A stretch of DNA of 64,000 nucleotides from Chrysochromulina tobinii (Eukaryota), in assembly GCA_001275005.1 (NCBI GenBank), contig JWZX01003373.1, forward strand, positions 1-64,000. The letters are read 5' to 3'. Position 1 is the first letter of the stretch. Each line of letters begins with the position of its first letter. Position numbers and translations under genes: made by a program. Of the stretch, positions 1 to 10,732 are shown in pieces. Under the pieces are notes generated by a model, which ran no database searches, was not told where the DNA came from, and worked only from the letters and a program-made list of their open reading frames with translations.

Positions 1-305
1 GGCGGGAAGGGCGGAGGCGGAGGTGGGGATGGTAGTGGCGGGGGCGGCGGGGGGGGCGGCGGCGAGGGTGGGAGCGGGAGTGGTTGCGGCGTAGACGGCG
101 TCAAAGGCGGCCATGTAGGTGGTGGTGTTGGCGGGTGGGAAGTAGAAGGGGTTGGCGGAGGAGGAGCGGCGGGCGGCGTGGGCGAGGGCGGAGGGGGTGA
201 AGGTGGTGTGGGCGGGCTGGGTAGTGGGGGCGATGGAGGTGGGGGTGGGATCGAGACCGACCGTGTCGAGAGGGGGGAGGTGGTAGATGAGGTTGCGTGA
301 GCCAT
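1..305 (-). CDS. Proline-rich (PPSPPP-type) protein, 5' part only; runs off the window edge
   Basis: The reverse complement from ATG at 305 stays open to base 1: MAHATSSTTSPLSTRSVSIPPPPPSPPLPSPPTPPSPPPP...PPPPPPF. It is not in the ORF track, and the true start may lie in an upstream exon. Confidence 0.5.
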   Translation of the reverse strand, partial: MAHATSSTTSPLSTRSVSIPPPPPSPPLPSPPTPPSPPPPSPTPPAAPPPPTPSTSHPPTPPPTWPPLTPSTPQPLPLPPSPPPPPPPPPLPSPPPPPPFP

Positions 306-425
306 TGGTAAAGCCTTGGATGGAAGGGCCTGGGCTTACTTGTTAACAGTGAAACGAGACACAGAGAAGAACTGCAACCAAATCTCTTGGAATCTCAGGA
401 GCTAAAGCGGTGAGAGTCTAGGAAG

Positions 426-541
426 ACAGGCATTCACAGTTTCAGTTTCAGTTTCAGTTTCTTCGCGGTCCCCCCACGCTCACTCCACCACCGTCTCGAC
501 GGACGGCTCCGCTCCCCTCGGTCAACACAGGCATTCACAGT
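426..541 (-). mobile_element. Short 5'-truncated non-LTR/SINE-like insertion (86 bp) with 15-bp target-site duplication
   Basis: ACAGGCATTCACAGT occurs at 426-440 and 527-541, flanking 441-526. One end carries (CAGTTT)4 at 437-460, which is an (AAACTG)n 3' tail on the minus strand. Confidence 0.6.
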
Positions 542-886
542 CGTTCACAGCAAATCAGATGTCCTTAAAGTGGAAGCTGAAGTCTTGCTCTTGAGATGTG
601 TTTAGGTGGGGCGGTGGGGCGCCCCGGCGCCAGCACGCCCGGCCCGAGGGCCTGGTGCTGGTCGTCTTATAGAAAGTAGTCATTGTGGGTTTTACGCTTT
701 TACCCAAAGCTCGATCGAACCCAAAGAGGAAAGAGGATAACATCCGAGATCCGCGATATTGCCGCACGCGCAGCTTTGAGCCTTTTTCGAGCCTTGCGAA
801 GATAGGAAGCTAAAATAGGAAGCTGACGCCTCCACGAGCACCCACGTCCACCAGCACCTCGGAGAGACGTCGGCTTTACAACCCCA

Positions 887-1876
887 TCAGCGTCGCCGCC
901 AGAGCCCCTGGCGCAGCAAGAGCGACGCAGCCATGCTGCCGACGACAATTGTTGTACACGCTCGCCAATGCCGCATGAGCGCCTTGGTGAGCGCCTCCCG
1001 GAGAGGCTCCAGGTTGAGGATCACTTGATGCCGCAACACTACGGACGGACTGCAGATGGTATCAGGCGATGCCAGATGATCAAGCAAAGGCGTGATCGGA
1101 TCCCCGTCGAGCACCTCGTACGCCCAGTCGGCAGACCAGCGGGCGGTCGACGAGCGGTTGAGACCCGAACGGTGGAGCGTGAGGTCGGTGAACAGCAGGA
1201 CATCGCCAGGTTCGAGGGTGGGCAACTCGCACGCGTCGGCGGCGGCATTTGCAGGGAGCGTCCCATCTGGTGCGATCGCCAGAAAGCCGTCCTGCCGCCC
1301 GTGACGCAAGAATCCCAAGTCGTGGGAGGCTGGGCACAGCTCGACGCCGCCGTTGGTCGCATCAACGTGGACGAGTGGCGCCCAAGCTGCGAGGAGCCGC
1401 TTGGGTGCCTCGCGTTTGAGCAAATACTGCATGCGGAAGAAGGCGTGATCCTGATGCCATGGGAAACTGGCACCGGGCGTGCCAGGCAACTTGCAACGGC
1501 AATTGTAGCGCGAGGCGACGATGGCCTCCCGGTCGTGCGTCAATACACGAACGAGGGCGCACAGGGCCGGATCGCGGAAGAGCAGCTGCTGGAAGACAAA
1601 GGACGTGCGCGTCTGTGCCACCCACGAGCACGGTGCCCGCTCTGGCGCGTCGTGGTACGCGGCAGCAATGCGCTCCTCGAGTGGCAGCCCCGCACACACG
1701 TTGCCTAGCTTCCCAGCTGCGAACTCGGAAGACAGATGCTTGTCAACGCATTTTTCGAGATGGCTGCGTACACGATCGATGGTTGCAGAGGGCAGCAGCC
1801 CACGGCACACCGAGAAACCCTTGGATACGAGTTCGTCGCGAACGCGCCGCGCCTCGGCTGGGTCGACATCTCCCAT
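887..1876 (-). CDS. Phytanoyl-CoA dioxygenase (PhyH)-family Fe(II)/2OG dioxygenase
   Basis: Motifs FPWHQD (HxD), AAWAPLVHVDATNGGVELCPASH and LEPGDVLLFTDLTLHRSGLNRS..ARWS. Likely start is MGDVDP at 1876; the upstream part of the tracked ORF overlaps the divergent gene. Confidence 0.85.
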   Translation of the reverse strand: MGDVDPAEARRVRDELVSKGFSVCRGLLPSATIDRVRSHLEKCVDKHLSSEFAAGKLGNVCAGLPLEERIAAAYHDAPERAPCSWVAQTRTSFVFQQLLFRDPALCALVRVLTHDREAIVASRYNCRCKLPGTPGASFPWHQDHAFFRMQYLLKREAPKRLLAAWAPLVHVDATNGGVELCPASHDLGFLRHGRQDGFLAIAPDGTLPANAAADACELPTLEPGDVLLFTDLTLHRSGLNRSSTARWSADWAYEVLDGDPITPLLDHLASPDTICSPSVVLRHQVILNLEPLREALTKALMRHWRACTTIVVGSMAASLLLRQGLWRRR

Positions 1877-2033
1877 CGTGGCGGCGGCGGCGGCAGGATT
1901 CCAGGGCGCGAGAGAGGCGTGTGAAGACCGCGCGTGCGCCGAAAGAGGCGATGAGCGACAGAAAAGGTCCACACTCGAATGTGGAGGTCGTGGTAGAGTG
2001 TGAAAAAGCGAGCGCGGGCCTGGTCGCACCCAT

Positions 2034-4158
2034 ATGCAAAGCGACGTGGACGGCCCGCTCGGCCGAAGAAAGCTCAAAAAGGCCCGCAAGCTCGTGGAAA
2101 AGGGCAACGGCACGGTGGAGCAGATTCGGGCCATATACGGCGCCAACGCGTCGGCAGGCATCGAGTTGCTGCCTGCAGCACTCGAGCAGCCGCTGCGACT
2201 GGCAGATGTACAAAACATGGTCCTGTGGGCTCTCGCCGATGACCGTGGCGAAATGCCCAAGTGGGCGTTCGTCCGAAACAAGCCACTCCTTCAGGGCGCT
2301 CTTGTTATCCTGGCACGGGACTTGCGCGCAGATGAAGGCAACCTTCTCAGCGCTGCCTTCACCGCAGTTCAGCCACTGCACCTGCCACGGGCACACCGCA
2401 ACCGCCTCGCCGAAGCAGTTGCGACGGAATTCCTTCAGGTCTCGCTCCCTAGAAAACGCAAATTGGCTGCGCTTGCAGCTGCTACCGAACCTAGCCGCGC
2501 GTTGACTGGCGTACCCACTCACGCTGGTCGGCACGCCAGCGGCGGCTGGCGGCTTGAATATGTGCGCAGCTTTGCTGCGCGCCGCGAGGAGCTTCTTGAG
2601 AACGGATATCCGATGAGTGGTGACGACGGCACCCTCGAGATGCCGCGCGAATTTGTGCCGTATGTGGATGCCTCTGAGGCAGGACCCGAACCGCACGCCG
2701 TCCAAACCACCGCGGGATCGAGTGAGGGGTGTGACCACAGAGACGAGGCCGGAGCCGCAGCCCGTTTGCTTGCCTTCGACTGCGAGATGGTGCTTGTGCG
2801 GGGTCCGCGTATGGCGGATGGTGGCTGGCCATTGATGAAGCAGCTCGCACGGGTGGCAGTGGTCGACGAATCGGGTCGAACATTGCTGGACGAGCTTGTG
2901 ATCCCCGAGCGGCCGGTGGTCGACTACAAGACTCAATACTCTGGCAGTGCGCGCCTCCGAGACGAATCCATGGCCCCTGCCTGACGAATCCCCCGCGCAT
3001 CCCTGACGAATCCCGGGACGAATCCATGGCCACTGCCTGCTTCTGGCCACGCTGTTGCTATACACTGCAGCCCGCACAGCCCGCTGGTATTCCGATGGTA
3101 TCACGCTGCCCACTGATACCGTTCTGCTGCGGACTAGCTGCATGTCGCTGGCGAGCTGCAAGCCTACCCCAGTCTATACATTTGACTTGCCACATGCCTC
3201 GAATCAATTCGTGCACAGTCACACCAGCTATCCTTGCCACTGCAACAAAGACGCTCGAGGAAGTGCGCGCGGCGATCCGCCAGCTGATGGCAGGTGGTGA
3301 CACCGTGATGGTCGGCCATTCTCTCGAAAGCGACTTGCATGCCATGCGGCTGAGCCTTCCTGACGGTGCCTGCGTCCTGGACACGGCACTCCTCTACCCG
3401 CTGCGCTGCAACCTGCACGGACCTCCAGCAAAGGCGGCACTTCGCAACCTCACGGTTCAGCATCTCAAGCGCGAGATCCAGCAGCCTCGGATGGAGCCAG
3501 GCGTCATGAATGTAGGAATGGGGCACTCTCCGGCCGAAGATGCTCAGGCTGCCATGGACCTCGCGGTTCTCAAGCTGGCGAATGGCCACAGCTACGCCAC
3601 ACCCGATGCCTCCTGGGGCATCGGCTTCGAGAGAATGGACATGGTGCGCCTGCCGCACGAGAGCACTGATCTCGCACTGATCTCGCACAGGCTCGCATTC
3701 TCCAAGGCCGATTCGCACCCATTTCTCCTGCTGTCGTCCAGGTTCTTGCGCGGACAGGGTGGCACTCCCTGACCATTGATACAGCAGAGGCGATTCTTGC
3801 CATGCCGTTCTCGCCTGCCTCTTCGGTCGAGGTCAACCAAATGGTGATCGCTGACGACGAGGCTGCCGTTCAGGCAGCTGTGCATGCGCTGTCGGGCACT
3901 CAGCGTACCTTTGCCTGGCTAGGTTTGCATGGCGTGCGCAGCGTGGCACCACTTGAGGCACTCGTGGCGGCACTCCCGGCGAATCGCCTTGTGGTTGTGG
4001 TCGGCATTGACGTGAGAGAGCAGGCGAGCAGAGATGGCATGCCATCGGCCGAGGATCAACCTGGGGTGCCGACAGGAAGTCGCCCAGTCCGATCACCAAA
4101 CGGATGGGTGACGTTGACAGTCACTGGGAATGGCGGCAGCTGCGGCGCCAGCAGCTGA
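2034..4158 (+). CDS. REXO1/Rex1-like DEDDh 3'-5' RNA exonuclease, 3 exons
   Basis: ExoI AFDCEMV, ExoII VGHSLESDL and ExoIII GHSPAEDA. GT-AG intron 2947-3218 restores the consensus YSGIT, and intron 3644-3741 joins the 3802..4158 frame. Confidence 0.85.
2961..3039 (+). repeat. Intronic short direct repeats, GACGAATCC x4
   Basis: Copies start at 2961, 2983, 3005 and 3017. The first and last extend to GACGAATCCATGGCC(C/A)CTGCCTG. Confidence 0.8.
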
Positions 4159-4402
4159 ACAGCAGCGTCGCACGGCACAGCTGCAAAGCACACCTGCCAC
4201 ATTCGCACATACAGGGAAGTAAGAGGAAGTGAGGAACTGCGACAGCCCCCCCCCGTTCCAACTTCCTCTAACACACAGCAGCCTCCATACTAACCGACCT
4301 CATCCTAACATACGTTCGAGTAGTGGCGATTGTCAACAGACTAAACACAGAAAATTCACAGCCAATGGTCAACTCTCCCCTAACATGGCATGCAGCTGCA
4401 AC

Positions 4403-5236
4403 ATGGCAGCGCTGGTCGTCGCGTCGCACAACATCCTCAATGGGCAAAACCTGCGCCGGCTACTCCGCGTGTACACCGAGCTGCGCGCCGCCGAGCGCCT
4501 TCATGCGCTCTGCATCCAGGAGGCCGTGCCGCATGCGGCACGCCGAGTTGCAGCCACACTCGGACGTCGCTATGGCGTTGGCGAGCACAGCGGCGCGCCA
4601 CGGCTTGCAATTGTGTACGATCGCGCGCGGTTGCGCTTGCGACGGATCGGTATTGTTGATCTGCCGCGACTTGCTGCCGTGCCGTGGTGGCAGCGCGTAT
4701 ACACGAGCGCCGTTCCCGAGCCAAAGCATGCTCTCATCGGGTGCTTTGCAGTTCGTGGCGGTTTCCGCAAGCGTCCGCGCCGGCTTGTGTTGGCCAATTT
4801 TCACCTAGATGCCGCCGGCGACAATCGGCACCGAGCTGGTCAGATTCGCGCGTTGGCCACGGCACTCTGGCCTACCTATGCAGACGGACCACTCGTTGCG
4901 TGCGGCGACACCAATGCCTTCTCGCTGCTGAGAACGGAGGCTGAGGGGCTGCTGCAAAACATGCTGGGGCCGCTGGCCCGCTGCCACCGCGCGCGCGATG
5001 TGCACGCAGCTGCACCGAGAGACACGCATTTCTTCGCCCGGGCGCATGAGCCGAAGCTTGGCCAGCGCATTGCCGTGGCCCTCGGTCGCTTCGGCATCGA
5101 CGCACCGCGCCGCTACGATGTGATCGTGGCAGCACTGCGGTGCATTGGATTCGGGACGGTCGACACGCCTGACTCAGACCATAATCTCGTCTGGGCTCGA
5201 TTGTCGCACCGCAGATTCCACGGCAAGAGGCACTGA
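4403..5236 (+). CDS. Endonuclease/exonuclease/phosphatase (EEP) family protein
   Basis: Motifs VASHNI, LCIQE, LANFHL, CGDTN, RYDVI and SDHNLV in canonical order. Start could be 4385 or 4403. Confidence 0.8.
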   Translation: MAALVVASHNILNGQNLRRLLRVYTELRAAERLHALCIQEAVPHAARRVAATLGRRYGVGEHSGAPRLAIVYDRARLRLRRIGIVDLPRLAAVPWWQRVYTSAVPEPKHALIGCFAVRGGFRKRPRRLVLANFHLDAAGDNRHRAGQIRALATALWPTYADGPLVACGDTNAFSLLRTEAEGLLQNMLGPLARCHRARDVHAAAPRDTHFFARAHEPKLGQRIAVALGRFGIDAPRRYDVIVAALRCIGFGTVDTPDSDHNLVWARLSHRRFHGKRH

Positions 5237-5606
5237 GTCTGAGACGAGATGTGCCGTGCGTGTGGCTGCGTGCCGGGGGCCGAGTGCCGAGAGACGAGAG
5301 AGAAGCCTCTGGAATCATGTCCGCCCGGATCATGCCCCCCCCGACGCAATTCTCTACAAGTCCTTCAACACCACACTCAAATACTATCCTAAACAACAAA
5401 AACATTCGGCGTGTGCCCGTGTCACAGCGAACAACTTGTTAAAAGACTGTGCGAACGTTTCTTTTTCGCCCCACTGTTGACAAGAAAACCAGATCTTTGC
5501 AGCTTGTCTTGTCCACCATCCCAGTTGTTGCTTCCCCATCAATGTGTTTTGCCCCTCTGTGAACAAGAAAAATGTAACGCGCACAGGTGCTTTGCCCTTC
5601 ACAGAG

Positions 5607-6827
5607 ATGGCGAGCGTCGAGGAGTACCTCGCTTCTCTCACGTGCACCGATGTCGCTGTTCTCCAGGAGCTCGCGACGACCGACCGATCGGCCTTTGCGG
5701 AGCAGCTCAAAGCCGCCGGTTTTGTCAAGATGGGCCATCGGCTGTCTCTGGAGGCAAAGCTCAAGGATCTCAAGACTAGCGGATCAAGTGCAGTGCCAGC
5801 TGAGCCGCCAGCGAAGCTGTCTTCGGAGCCGCCAGCGGAACAGCCGGCAGTACTGGCCCAGTTGCCGGCGGCTGCAATCCCGACGGCGAAGCTGCCGCGA
5901 CCCACACCACCGCCAGCATCACACCCTGCAGATGGTTCATTTGAGGCATCGGCTGGCTTCGAAGGTGCTCGCAAGGACCACGTGCTCAAGATGGGCACCA
6001 ATGGATTGGGCTACTGCCGAGACGCTCAGTGCCATTCTCCAAAGGAGAACAAGCTCGCGCGTAGGCACCTCGGCAACCTGTCGTGGCTCGGCGACGAGGC
6101 AGACGTGGGCGCAGAGGACGATGAGAAGGCAGTGCCAGGGACGGCTCTGGCTGAAGCACCCGCCCGGACCCTGGCACCCCCTGGCAAACTCTCCGAAGAG
6201 CGCCGGCAGAAGCTGCGCTTGCAGGCAGGCCCGTTCGATCCACCGCTGCGCGATGGCAAGTACGCAGAGAAGGGACAAGTAGTCAAGATCCTGTGCGGCA
6301 ACGCGCGAGGCCAGTGGGGCGTCGTGGTGGGTATCAAGATGAGCATGTACAGGGTGCATCGGTTCGATGGTTCGCCCACCGACGCGTCCATGTTCCACGA
6401 AGTGATGACGACCGATCTGACCGTTGACCGCTTTTTGAAGGCGAAGAAGGATTGGGACGTGCGCGCGCCACTCGCGAAACGCTCGCTTCAAGACGATGCC
6501 AAAGGTCAGGTGCATTCGAGCTGGACGCCCAATCTGGGCACGACCCACCTTAGGCTGACGGATCGCTCCGTGGTGCTCTCGTCGCGTGCCAAGCCGGGAT
6601 CTGGCGAGGGCTACTACTATGCCGCGGTCACCTCCGATCAGCACACCCTACCTGTAGCGATGCCGCAGAAGATTGACCCATCTCAGGTGAATCGGGAGGC
6701 GGCTGCGCCTGCATGTGACAGCTGCACCGCCAGCCGCAGCGTGGCGAGCAAATCAGCGTACTACTATGCCCACCGCCGCAAAATCGACTTCCACGTCCCA
6801 ACACCGCCGCCTCAAAAGATTGGTTAG
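5607..6827 (+). CDS. Hypothetical protein with SAM-like N-terminus, KOW-like motif and YYYA motifs
   Basis: Long open frame containing LKAAGFVKMGHRLSL (SAM-like), FEGARKDHVLKMGTNGLGYCRD, GQVVKILCGNARGQWGVV (KOW-like), and GYYYAA / AYYYAH near the C-terminus. Confidence 0.6.
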   Translation: MASVEEYLASLTCTDVAVLQELATTDRSAFAEQLKAAGFVKMGHRLSLEAKLKDLKTSGSSAVPAEPPAKLSSEPPAEQPAVLAQLPAAAIPTAKLPRPTPPPASHPADGSFEASAGFEGARKDHVLKMGTNGLGYCRDAQCHSPKENKLARRHLGNLSWLGDEADVGAEDDEKAVPGTALAEAPARTLAPPGKLSEERRQKLRLQAGPFDPPLRDGKYAEKGQVVKILCGNARGQWGVVVGIKMSMYRVHRFDGSPTDASMFHEVMTTDLTVDRFLKAKKDWDVRAPLAKRSLQDDAKGQVHSSWTPNLGTTHLRLTDRSVVLSSRAKPGSGEGYYYAAVTSDQHTLPVAMPQKIDPSQVNREAAAPACDSCTASRSVASKSAYYYAHRRKIDFHVPTPPPQKIG

Positions 6828-7018
6828 CCTAGGTTAGCCGACTCGCGAGAGACAGCCCCAATAGCGCGCGCGCCGGCTCCAGCTCGCAGCTGAGGTCAGG
6901 GGCTCGGACCCCGGTGGTGGCCGTCACGTACAATCTTGAAGACTGCCACCCTAGCGAGGCGCGGGGCAGAGCCCCGCTGAGAAAATTTGACCCTGGTGTT
7001 TTGCATTTCGATTTTGCA

Positions 7019-7252
7019 TTTGAATAGGCAATAGCTGATTTCGATAATATACGATAAATGTATCTTTACCGACGGCGACGCAACCCCAATAGGAATAGCT
7101 GATTTAATAAATCTTTACCGGCGCGTTTCGCGGTGTTTGAAACAGCACGCAAATAATTGAACACTGTTCATTCACCTACATGTACACAACGTCGGCACAC
7201 GCACGTTCCAAAAACGTCACTGTGAATATTCACAGCCGAGACGCGTTTCAAA
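7019..7252 (+). promoter_or_regulatory. Putative cell-cycle promoter of Mps1 with CHR-like and E2F-like sites
   Basis: TTTGAA at 7019 and 7136, TTCAAA at 7247, TTTCGCGG at 7126-7133, and a 16-bp perfect palindrome CTGTGAATATTCACAG at 7220-7235. Confidence 0.4.
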
Positions 7253-7266
7253 TCGCGTTGCAAATT

Positions 7267-10200
7267 ATGGCCGACAGCCTACTTCCCGTCGACAAAGAGA
7301 ACGAGAACCCGACACGACTCTCGGGCAAGTCGGGAGCAGCGCATCCGCATACTGGCGGTGACCATGCAGGGCGTGACTCCGATGCCACCGATGTCTTCCT
7401 TCCGGGTGGCAGCAAGCCCAGGAAGAAGATGGGTCTAGGCCTGAAGCTTGGTGCGCCAGCACGTGCGCGACGAGTTGACTTTGTACAAGAGGACGAAGAC
7501 GAGATCCCTTCGCGGCCAACACTCTTGCCCGCACCACCTGCTGCCGCACAGCCGCCGCCTACTGCCTCATTGGCGCAACAGCCTCCGGACGCTGTGGATG
7601 CACCACCGAGTGTGCCAAAGCATGCGTTGATGAAAGATGGGGCGCCTAGCTCCATCAGCGCCGAATATGCGCGTGGGCCAACTGGAGCTCTAGACGCGCA
7701 GACGTGGAGCCGTCGGCTCGACGAGCACAAGCGGGCTTGCGCGCAGGATTCTGCCGAGCGCCGGCTTTCTGTGCTCGGGCCACTGTACCGCAAGGCGACG
7801 CAGGACGTGGGCCAGCCGATCGACGAGCGCGGAGGGGCGCGCATCTGGCTCGAGTACGCGCTTTTGCGGGCGGAGACGTCGACGGAAGACGCCCGCCAGA
7901 TCTTCCAGGCATATGAAGCACCAGCGCATCGGCGTTCAGGACGCTGCCTTCCCGGTGGCTTGGTCCGTGTTCGAGGCATCCCAGGGCAACGTCGACGAGG
8001 CTCGTAAGATCCTCGAGAAGGCACTCGACCAGCCGAACTTTCAATGCAACTCAACCGGGACATACCCTGACGTGCGCCATTCTCGCACGGTCATTCAGGA
8101 TGCACTTTTGAAGCTGTCCGCTCGCCCAACATCACTGCCACCAAAGAGTCCGGCAAAGCCTTCGAGCGTGACTCCCAACAGTGACGACAGTGGCGACAGT
8201 GGCGATCTCGTGCTTGTCCGCGTGCGTAACGCCGCGGAGCACGATGCCCAAGGCTTGGCCTATGCCAGTCTGCCCGCGGGTGCTGCAACGGCCGCCCCCG
8301 CCGCGCCCAAGGTAGCTCCCCATGTGTGCGATGCGAACGCAGACACTGTCATCATGGAACGCATTCAGATGCCGCCAGCCGTCGCCGCTGCGAGCACAGA
8401 GAATGGCACACAGCTGCTCGCACGTGCGCCGATGCTGGCCACACCAGCGGTGCCGGCCACGTCGCAGCTCGAGGTACATGCGCCCAAAGCGCACCTTATC
8501 GCGAGCTCTGCTGCGAACGCGCGCACCACGACCGAGCTGCTCGAGGTGGACGACACGGTCCGGAGGCCTGAGCTCCAGTACCCTTACCTGCTGCCCATCG
8601 AAGAGGGCTCGCACGAGGGCTCCGAGCGCAGCCCAAGCGACGCGTCTTCCCATGGGAGCGTGACGAACACCCTGTGCCACGACACCGTCCGCGTGCAAGC
8701 GCTGCAGTTGCCAGCCCCCTTCACCTTCACAGGATCGTCCGCGCCGCTATCGACGCCACGGCCCGCGTCCATGGCGTCATCATATGGCTCAAGCGCCACG
8801 CCCGCCCCTCTCGATCCACCGAGCACACCCGCGGTAAATTGCGTGGCGCCCGCGACGCCGGCTCGGACCGGGGCCGCAGCCGCTGCCGAAGCGCCGGCCT
8901 CGGCGACCGCGACTTGCCAGCACGGTCTGCGATTTGCGTCGACGCCAGGCCAAGCGTCCACCGCGGTGACTTTAGCCGCCGGACGGGCGGTGCCGCTCTC
9001 GACTGTTGCTTCGCGCGAATCGCTGCTAACGGGGCACGCCGAGGTGAGCGTCAATGGCGTGCCGTACAAAGTGCTCGAGCTGCTCGGCAAGGGCGGGACG
9101 TCGCAGGTGTTCAAGGTTCTCTCGCCCCTCAATGAGGTCCTCGCGCTCAAGAAGGTGGCGCTAGAGGCCGATTCGGAGGAGGCCAATGGGCTCGCCGAGG
9201 CAGTGCAGAACGAGATCGACCTGATGATGCGCTTCAAGAGCGTCCCGGAAGCAACTAGGTGCATCATCGAGCTCGTCGACGCCGAGGTCAACCTCGCTGA
9301 GCGCGTCGTGTACATGGTGATGGAGTGTGGCGAAATCGACTTCAAGGGCATTCTCCAGCGAGACCAGGAGGAGCGGCAGGCCAAGGGCCTCGAGCTCAAC
9401 GAGACCTTCGTTTGTGGGTACTGGGAACAGATGCTCTCGGCCGTGGACGTGATGCACAAGGCGCGCGTCATCCACGGCGACCTAAAACCGATGAACTTTC
9501 TGTGCGTCAAGGGTGCGCTCAAGCTCATCGACTTTGGCATCGCCAAGTCGATGACGAACGACAATCCCGACGTGACCAAAATCGAGCGAGAGAACACGGT
9601 TGGCACGCTCAATTACATGTCGCCCGAGACGATCGTCGGTCAGGACGCGCAGGATGAGCACGGCAAGAGCGTCTTCACGCAGGGGCGGGCGTCAGACGTG
9701 TGGTCGCTGGGCTGCATCCTCTACCAGATGGTCTACGGCGCGCCGCCCTTTGCGCATGTTAAAAACTACCTGCGCAAGATGCAAGCGATCACCGACGAGC
9801 GCGTTGAGATCCAATTTCCACCGCTACGCACCTCCAAGTTTCCATACCTGCTCGAAGTCATGAAAGCGTGCCTGCAGCGCAAGCCCGAGTGCCGTCCAAA
9901 GCTTTCGGAGCTGCTACAGCACCCGCTGCTGCGCGGTCCCGTCGCACCATCGGCTGCGCCCGCCGGCGGCCTGAGCATCTCTCAACTCGAGGCGCTGATT
10001 CGGCAAGCAGCAGCGAGTGGCTCCACAGAGATCTCTACGGAGGCTCTCTTGAAAGCTGCGATTGCGGCGCCTCCCGTCACATCAGCGGCTCCGGGTGCAC
10101 GGGCGCAGGCTGCCCCACTGCCCGCTACCGCCCCGGTATCTGCTGGGCCGTCGCCTGCAACGTCGCCGCCGCCCGCGCCGCTGCCTGGACCGCCGTCGCA

Positions 10201-10732
10201 GCATCAGCCCGGCTCACAAGCTGCAGCGGCCTTGCCGTCGACGCCACGTGCTGCGCCGAGCACGCCGCGTGCACCGTCTTCCAATTCCAAAGTATTGCCA
10301 TCGCCTTTGCCACGGCGGGAGTTGCGCCTTCCAGCCCCGCCAACCATGCTCTCTGCACCGCCGCATGCGCCGCCGCATGCGCCGCCGCATGCGCCGCCGC
10401 ATGCGCCGCCCCCAGTGGTTGCTGCGCCACCTGCGCCGCCTCTTGCACCCTTGGCCGCGCCGCGATCTGCGCCGGCAGCGCCGCCTCCAGCAGCACGGGC
10501 ACAAGCGGTGGCTGCTGAGCCGTCACATCCGGCTTGGAGCACCATGGACCTGCAAAGCGCACAAAAGAATCTGAAAAAGGCAGCGCCTCGCGAGGGAAAG
10601 GACGCGGCGCCTCGCGAGGTGCGAGCGTCGGTACCGGAGCTCATGCTCCAGAAAGCACATAGCTTGCGCGGCGCGTACGGCAGCGACGACACGGTCGATC
10701 TCAGCAGAGAAGACGACACATTTGGCATCTGA
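7267..10732 (+). CDS. MPS1: Mps1/TTK spindle-checkpoint kinase (one frameshift near 7905)
   Basis: Kinase motifs LGKGGTSQVFKV, ALKKV, YMVMECGEID, IHGDLKPMNFL, LKLIDFGIA, GTLNYMSPE and SDVWSLGCILYQMVYG..PF are Mps1-type. N-terminal TPR-like segment is split between ORFs 7180..8007 and 7913..10732. KEN box near the start. Confidence 0.9.
10355..10410 (+). repeat. 12-bp coding tandem repeat, (APPH)4
   Basis: About 4.5 copies of GCGCCGCCGCAT. Confidence 0.9.

Noticed and set aside
1..300. G-rich start of the window as a G-quadruplex or satellite element
   Set aside because: Explained by proline codons of the minus-strand ORF.
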